64,000 nucleotides of DNA, from positions 36,422-100,421 of the forward strand of contig CAYSJS010000003.1 of the NCBI GenBank assembly GCA_964431415.1. Reading direction: 5' to 3'. The number at the start of each line of letters is the position of its first letter. The stretch's first letter is position 1. Positions 58,732-64,000 of this stretch are shown one piece after another. The notes under the pieces are model-generated. The model had not been told where the DNA came from. It did not search any database and saw nothing but the letters and a program-made list of their open reading frames with translations. This stretch comes from an uncultured Candidatus Saccharibacteria bacterium (GTDB lineage Bacteria > Patescibacteriota > Saccharimonadia > Saccharimonadales > JACDBH01). A program made the position numbers and the translations under genes.

Positions 58732-59618
58732 TTTTTTATAGATTCCCGGGCCGCCCGGATAACATTATCAAAGAGTGCGCATACCGTAAGCGGACCAACG
58801 CCGCCTTTGGTGGGCGTTATCGTAAGGTCGTCCCTCTCGTACACTTCACTTGCCACGTCACCCACTGTTTTACCATCTTCGCTTGCCACCCCGGCATCCA
58901 CGACTACGGCTTTTTGCTTAATCATATCCGGAAAAAGTAGGGCCGGACTGCCTGCCGCAGTGATAATAATGTCGGCGTTTAGGCATTCGGCCTTTAAATC
59001 TTCGGTGGAGCGGTCGGCCACATTAACAGTATGCCCTGCAGAAAGCAGTATTTTTTCGAGCGGCTTGCCTACCAGCTTGCCTCTCCCAATGAGCAATATC
59101 GACTTGCCTTGCAGCTCAACGTTATAACCGGCAAGTAGCCACATTATGGCAAGAGGCGTAGCGGGTTCGTAGATTGCTTTAGCACCCAATGCATCGACGT
59201 CTTTTACAGGCTCTACCATACTGACTATTTGCTCGGTTTCAGACGGATCTTCTAACGGCAGCTGAACAATTATGGCATGCACATTTGGGTCGGCATTTAA
59301 CTTTTGGATTGTCCGGGCCGCATCTTTTTGCAGTACCCGATGCACCGATACGTCAATCAGTATGTCTGCGCCATATTGACGCTTGAGCCGCATATATACT
59401 TCTATGACCGGGTTTTCTACGGTTACTACAATTGCCAAATGCGGCTGTATCTTGTGCTCTTGACGAAGCGCCCGTACTTGCGCCGCCTGCCGCTCTTTAA
59501 TAAAGCCCGCTATTTCTTTGCCGTTTAATAATTTCATCTTGTAAGCTAGTATACCGTGCCTGACTTGTTTTATCACTATCTGTACTCTGTAAAAAACCTG
59601 ATACAATAAAGTAAACAT
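58728..59618 (-). CDS. folD: Bifunctional methylene-THF dehydrogenase/cyclohydrolase (likely start 59537)
   Basis: IIVQLPL, KDVDAL, GRGKLVGKP, GDV, TP.KGGVGPLT. Confidence 0.95.
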   Translation of the reverse strand: MFTLLYQVFYRVQIVIKQVRHGILAYKMKLLNGKEIAGFIKERQAAQVRALRQEHKIQPHLAIVVTVENPVIEVYMRLKRQYGADILIDVSVHRVLQKDAARTIQKLNADPNVHAIIVQLPLEDPSETEQIVSMVEPVKDVDALGAKAIYEPATPLAIMWLLAGYNVELQGKSILLIGRGKLVGKPLEKILLSAGHTVNVADRSTEDLKAECLNADIIITAAGSPALLFPDMIKQKAVVVDAGVASEDGKTVGDVASEVYERDDLTITPTKGGVGPLTVCALFDNVIRAARESIKK

Positions 59619-59643
59619 AAGAGTTTTAGGTGCGTAACAAAGT

Positions 59644-61575
59644 ATGATGATCCGTTCGCCTCAAGAACTGAGCCAGTCAATAAAATCTGCCATCGACCAC
59701 CGAGCGGTTCTTTTTTCACACATAATTTTGGCCCTCACCATCACATTTCACACCCTGCTTGCGCCCGACTCAGGCTCGTTTGAGCGAATAAGCGCCATAG
59801 CTATGAGTTTGGGTGTTTCCGTACTTATTGTCTTCCGCGTATTTGACCTCGCAAAAATAAATAACCATCCAAAGACTTATCTGCTCGGTTATTACACCTT
59901 AATATTCTTCGGCTATGTGCTGCTCAGTGACGCTGCCACCCCATATGCCATTGGCGTGTTTTTAGTCGTATTCTTAACCAACCTGTATTACGGCAGCCGC
60001 GGTGTGCTCTTTACGATCGGCTTTTTTGGGGTAATGACCGCCGTAAAATATGTGTATCTGCTACAGACAACAGAGTTCACGCTTGCCGATAAGTTAAATG
60101 TGGTTGTTGGCTTCTTTATTTTTACCGCGATCGCAAGCTTCTTTATTAATGTACAAAAAGTGTTTGACTGGGACCGCGCGCAGCTGCATGCGACTGTCAA
60201 AGAGGCTTTTGTGGAACAAAAACGTCTGCGCGCACTCATTAACAACATGACAGAAAGCGTACTGGTACTAGACAAAGAAGGCATTATCCGGCTCTATAAC
60301 GCTGCCGCGCTCGCACTTTTTAACACCAATAATAGCCTGAGTGACAAGCCACTGGACGGCTTTATTAAACTTGAGGAAGAAAATGGCAAAATTATTACTG
60401 CCATAGACTTACTCCCAAAAGATACCAAGCCTATTATCCGAAACGACATCCGCATTCGCTACAGCAGCGATGACACCGCTTCGCTGAGTATTGTCGCAAC
60501 CCCTATCCGCTCCACATTTGGCCAGGAGCGAGACGAAGAGGGATATGTATTAACCATGCGCGACATTACCCACGAAAAGTCCCTGGAAGAAGAGCGTGAT
60601 GAATTTATTTCCGTCATATCGCACGAGCTACGCACTCCGGTAACCGTGGCTGAGGCAGGCGTTTCTAATGCCCTGCTTCTCGCACAAAAAATGCCAAACG
60701 CCGAAAAGCTGACAAAATCACTACAAACGGCCCATGACCAGTCCGTATTTCTGGCTAATATGCTGAACGACCTCACCACCTTTGCACGCGCCGAAAAGGG
60801 TACGCTTGAAATGAACCTAGAAGAATTTAATCCACGCGAGTTGCTCGAAAACCTTAAGGGCGACTATATTGCCGCCGTTCAGGCCAAGGGCATGAATATA
60901 AAAACCGCATCCGACCCTTCAACTCCGCTCGTTATGGCGTCGAATCGGTTGTATATAAGAGAAATACTGCAAAACTTTATAACAAATGCGATCAAATACA
61001 GCGACAAAGGCACGATAACTTTAAGTGCAAAGGCACGTGACAAAGGGATCCTTTATAGCGTTAGCGACGAAGGCATAGGCATCTCGACCAGTGATCAAAA
61101 GAAGATATTTCAGAAGTTTTTCCGTACCGAAGATTATCGCACTCGCTCAACAAACGGCACCGGACTGGGCCTGTACATCGTTAAAAAACTCGCCAAGATC
61201 CTCGATGCCAGTTTCGAAGTACAGAGCGAGGTTGGCAAAGGGTCTACTTTTTCTCTCTACGTCCCGGATAAGAGCAGTGTACTTGCTGCCAAAAAAGCCG
61301 CCGATGCCGCACCCGTGCCGACTGTCCACAAAATGCCCACCAACACCCCTGCGCCTTCTTCGCAGCCCTCGACTCTTCCTCCCGCCCCCGCACTGCCAAT
61401 TACCCAAGTAACACCTCGTCACCCCGATCCCCAGCCCACCTTAACTCCCCCCATCCCCACCCCCGAGCCGGTAGTGACGGCTTCGCAGCCCACCCCTGCA
61501 ACTTCTGTTGCACCCGCGGCTCCAAGTCTACCGCCTACACCCACCCCAAACCCCACCTTGCAAAAACAGGGGTAA
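59644..61575 (+). CDS. PAS sensor histidine kinase with Pro-rich C-terminal tail
   Basis: About 6 TMs, PAS (NAAA...RDIT), SHELRTP, NAIKYS, DEGIG, GTGLGL. Confidence 0.93.
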   Translation: MMIRSPQELSQSIKSAIDHRAVLFSHIILALTITFHTLLAPDSGSFERISAIAMSLGVSVLIVFRVFDLAKINNHPKTYLLGYYTLIFFGYVLLSDAATPYAIGVFLVVFLTNLYYGSRGVLFTIGFFGVMTAVKYVYLLQTTEFTLADKLNVVVGFFIFTAIASFFINVQKVFDWDRAQLHATVKEAFVEQKRLRALINNMTESVLVLDKEGIIRLYNAAALALFNTNNSLSDKPLDGFIKLEEENGKIITAIDLLPKDTKPIIRNDIRIRYSSDDTASLSIVATPIRSTFGQERDEEGYVLTMRDITHEKSLEEERDEFISVISHELRTPVTVAEAGVSNALLLAQKMPNAEKLTKSLQTAHDQSVFLANMLNDLTTFARAEKGTLEMNLEEFNPRELLENLKGDYIAAVQAKGMNIKTASDPSTPLVMASNRLYIREILQNFITNAIKYSDKGTITLSAKARDKGILYSVSDEGIGISTSDQKKIFQKFFRTEDYRTRSTNGTGLGLYIVKKLAKILDASFEVQSEVGKGSTFSLYVPDKSSVLAAKKAADAAPVPTVHKMPTNTPAPSSQPSTLPPAPALPITQVTPRHPDPQPTLTPPIPTPEPVVTASQPTPATSVAPAAPSLPPTPTPNPTLQKQG

Positions 61576-61626
61576 TTTGTTAAAATCTTCTTTGTCACTT
61601 CCGGGTGGATCAATGGATTATAATAG

Positions 61627-61920
61627 ATGTTTTATTTTTACGTGCTTTTATCTCGTGAGGATAATACCTATTACTACGGCTCAACAAATGATTTGACACG
61701 TAGAGTTCACGAACACAATACCGGCAAGGTGCAATCCACCGTGTATAGACAACCATTAAAGTTGCTATACTATGAGGCGTACGAAGTAATGCGACAAGCA
61801 AGACTTCGCGAAAAACAAGTGAAAGCAAGTGGAAGTATCCGAAAAGCTTTACACGAAAGAATCAATCCCGTAATCCGTACGAGGGGCCAGCCCGGCCTCC
61901 CGCAGGGAAGCCGACGTTAG
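61627..61920 (+). CDS. Standalone GIY-YIG endonuclease
   Basis: YFYVL, YYGST, RRVHEHN, YYEAY, REKQVK. Confidence 0.9.
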   Translation: MFYFYVLLSREDNTYYYGSTNDLTRRVHEHNTGKVQSTVYRQPLKLLYYEAYEVMRQARLREKQVKASGSIRKALHERINPVIRTRGQPGLPQGSRR

Positions 61921-62017
61921 AGGAAAGTTAACTATTGCCCTAACGTAAGTACATTAACTAACCACAGTACCCAGTAACCTGTACGAGGGGCCAGCCCGGC
62001 CTCCCGCAGGGAAGCCG
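61877..62017. repeat. 37-bp palindromic direct repeat x2 (61877-61913, 61981-62017)
   Basis: GTACGAGGGGCCAGCCCGGCCTCCCGCAGGGAAGCCG exact copies; second abuts tRNA 5' end. Confidence 0.9.
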
Positions 62018-62093
62018 GGCCAGTAGCTCAGCTGGTTAGAGCGTCTGCCTCTTAAGCAGAATGTCGTGGGTTCAAGTCCCACCTGGCCCTCCA
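62017..62093 (+). tRNA. tRNA-Lys(CTT)
   Basis: GGGCCAG/CTGGCCC acceptor, TCTGC-CTCTTAA-GCAGA anticodon arm, GTTCAAG T-loop, T-CCA end. Confidence 0.96.
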
Positions 62094-62107
62094 TAACTAT
62101 ATGCACC

Positions 62108-62130
62108 AGGACCTCTTTTGAGGTCTTTTT
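62108..62130 (+). terminator. Terminator after tRNA-Lys
   Basis: GACCTC-TTTT-GAGGTC-TTTTT. Confidence 0.8.
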
Positions 62131-62144
62131 GTTACAATAAAATT

Positions 62145-62381
62145 ATGAAAAACAAAAAAACCATTATTGTAGGATTAATTATGGTTTTACTCCTACTTGG
62201 TTGGCTTGTACCTCTGGGCAGCTATACGACTACAAGAGGATGTCCTGTAGACCCAACGCCTACTGAAAGACTTCATTTGATTTTCGGGGATACTATTCAA
62301 GAAATAAAGGACGGTGATGTTGAGCCACCACCAAACGTCGGCTGTTCTATGAATACTAAATACGTACTTTATTTTCTTTAA
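62145..62381 (+). CDS. Small exported protein with 2 Cys
   Basis: MKNKK plus hydrophobic signal; TACAAT 6 nt before ATG. Confidence 0.7.
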   Translation: MKNKKTIIVGLIMVLLLLGWLVPLGSYTTTRGCPVDPTPTERLHLIFGDTIQEIKDGDVEPPPNVGCSMNTKYVLYFL

Positions 62382-62474
62382 ATAAAGTTGCAATAGGAAC
62401 CACGATGGCCCTCCATACCGCTTATGCTTAAAGCTCCTCTGTTTTGGGGAGTTTTTTATTGTTATGATATTTGC

Positions 62475-62876
62475 ATGGCAATTATAAATATTCGGCTACT
62501 TGCAAAAATCTTTGTATTAAACGACAAGGGCGAGATTTTACTACTTCAAAGAAGTCGTACCGATGATAGACGTCCACTCGGGTGGGACTTACCTGGCGGC
62601 AATGTTGAATATAACGAAGACCCCAATGAGGCCGTCGTGCGAGAGCTTCAAGAAGAGGCTGGGCTTACCGCGTCCAATGTACAGGTGTTTTATGTCGGAA
62701 CAGAAACAGAAGACCACTATATCGTTACACTACTTTACAAAGCCACGGCTGAAGCGACGGACATAAAGCTAAGCTTTGAACATGAGCAATACAGGTGGAT
62801 AAAGCCTGAGGAAATTACGGATTTTGAAATGCCGAAAAAATATGTGACTTCTGCCCTAATGCTTGCTGAGCGATAA
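62475..62876 (+). CDS. NUDIX hydrolase
   Basis: WDLPGGNVEYNEDPNEAVVRELQEEAG, LSFEH..Y.W. Confidence 0.9.
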   Translation: MAIINIRLLAKIFVLNDKGEILLLQRSRTDDRRPLGWDLPGGNVEYNEDPNEAVVRELQEEAGLTASNVQVFYVGTETEDHYIVTLLYKATAEATDIKLSFEHEQYRWIKPEEITDFEMPKKYVTSALMLAER

Positions 62877-62922
62877 TTTTAGTCCCGATAAGCCCCTCCG
62901 CGTTCGTTCTAACCACAATGCT

Positions 62923-63417
62923 TTAAGATTTTTTGTTAGCTCTACGCAGGCTAATTACTTTTATACACACAAGGGTAAGGGCAACAATCATAATGTTCAG
63001 CAGCACTCTCTGTATGATTCTTCCTGATGGGTTCTGACACGTATAAGCTGTCGAAGGAATGTTGCACTTTTGATAATTGAATCCACTCAGCAAAGCAAGC
63101 ACTGCCCAGACAATTGGCATGATGCCGGCAATTAAATACAACCTAAGAAGGCTATTAAAGTTACGCTGAAGAATATACTTTCTAGCTAACCACGCGACAA
63201 ACACCAAAACCGCGATATACAAAAACATGTCTACGGGATAGAGGCTTGTTTGAGGATAAAAGGCTTGATCGCCCCCTCCCCTTTTCACCCGAGCCCACTG
63301 CCCACCGTAACTCACGAATACTGGAAAAACAAAGGATTGGAGATTGATTAAAATTAATGCTGCAAGCCCAAATATATAAACCACTATTCTTTTAGAGTTC
63401 TTTGTAGAATTACTCAT
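62923..63417 (-). CDS. 4-TM membrane hypothetical protein
   Basis: Four hydrophobic segments; TATAAT upstream. Confidence 0.7.
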   Translation of the reverse strand: MSNSTKNSKRIVVYIFGLAALILINLQSFVFPVFVSYGGQWARVKRGGGDQAFYPQTSLYPVDMFLYIAVLVFVAWLARKYILQRNFNSLLRLYLIAGIMPIVWAVLALLSGFNYQKCNIPSTAYTCQNPSGRIIQRVLLNIMIVALTLVCIKVISLRRANKKS

Positions 63418-63629
63418 GTATAGCGCAATTATAACAGAGATAATTAACCAAGCAGACTACAGTTGCGATAGCGTCTACTATGGCCCTCTGATAAGTACTG
63501 GTTTTCTGGGATATTCTTTGGAATATCGACGACAGTTTGGATGATGATAAACCCTTACATGCTATTTTTTACAAAGATATTCATGTTTTACCCTTGTATA
63601 TAAAAATATAAATTCTACACTTTCTCACT

Positions 63630-64000
63630 ATGAGAAAAAGTGTCACTCAAGAGTTTGATTTCGGCTGCGGCATTGCCTGCTTCGCGTTTGCGCTCGGCTT
63701 AACGTACCAACAAGCCGTCGCTCATCTGGGCGAAATACAGGCAAATAGCACCCGGTTCTGGGTTAAAGATCTTACGGCCGCGTTAAACAATTCGGGCAAG
63801 AACTATACGGCTAGGCACATAAAGCCCCGCCTCAGAAGTAAGATCTACGAAGAAGGAACAATTATCTTAATAAGGAGGTCCGGCCGGTACCCGAGCGGCC
63901 ACTATTTGATCCGCCATAGCGATCATTGGATGGATCCATGGATCAACTTACCGCACGACAAGGATATACGAAACGCCCAGTCTGGATTTAGAAAAAGACT
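63630..64000 (+). CDS. Peptidase C39-like protein, 3' end outside window
   Basis: Hand translation MRKSVTQEFDFGCGIAC...GHYL...WMDP gives papain-like Q/C/H/D pattern. Confidence 0.65.
   Translation, partial: MRKSVTQEFDFGCGIACFAFALGLTYQQAVAHLGEIQANSTRFWVKDLTAALNNSGKNYTARHIKPRLRSKIYEEGTIILIRRSGRYPSGHYLIRHSDHWMDPWINLPHDKDIRNAQSGFRKR

Noticed and set aside
61877-62017. CRISPR array from 37-bp palindromic repeats
   Set aside because: Only two copies, 67-nt spacer, one inside a CDS, no cas genes

Overview
This looks like a core chromosomal segment of a Patescibacteria/CPR bacterium, most likely Saccharibacteria (TM7). That is inferred from the compact genes, short AlaRS, a monoderm-type LPxTG protein, MurD/MurI, many leaderless-type starts, and TGA used as a stop. 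Housekeeping genes: obgE, mltG, ruvX, ftsA-like, alaS, mnmA, iscS, tatD, metG, rsmA, pcrA, tpiA, pgk, pyk, murD, murI, folD. RNA genes: tmRNA, tRNA-Glu(TTC), tRNA-Lys(CTT). Most notable observations: (1) Both aminoacyl-tRNA synthetase genes carry an unannotated, apparently leaderless leader ORF enriched in the cognate amino acid (metG: MKRIRVENVMMLMPR; alaS: MILMLIGTATACAVRYK). Each ends in a 5-bp/5-nt hairpin of identical geometry over its TAG stop, suggesting ribosome-mediated attenuation instead of T-boxes. (2) A divergent F1-like ATPase operon lies between iscS and mnmA. It has no subunit a, and its first gene fuses an exported domain to a c-subunit-like RNP hairpin lacking the ion-binding carboxylate. 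It sits beside a WxL/chaperone-pilin-like surface-fibre cluster. (3) A candidate signal synthase/sensor cassette: 7TM histidine kinase, DUF2156-like transferase, LuxI-like GNAT, response regulator. (4) Several small structured elements: a 5'-duplicating insertion in tpiA, GIY-YIG genes with palindromes beside tmRNA and tRNA-Lys, tRNA 3'-end-repeat cassettes, two candidate ncRNAs and an 18-aa basic peptide. All family calls come from motif recognition by eye; no searches were run.
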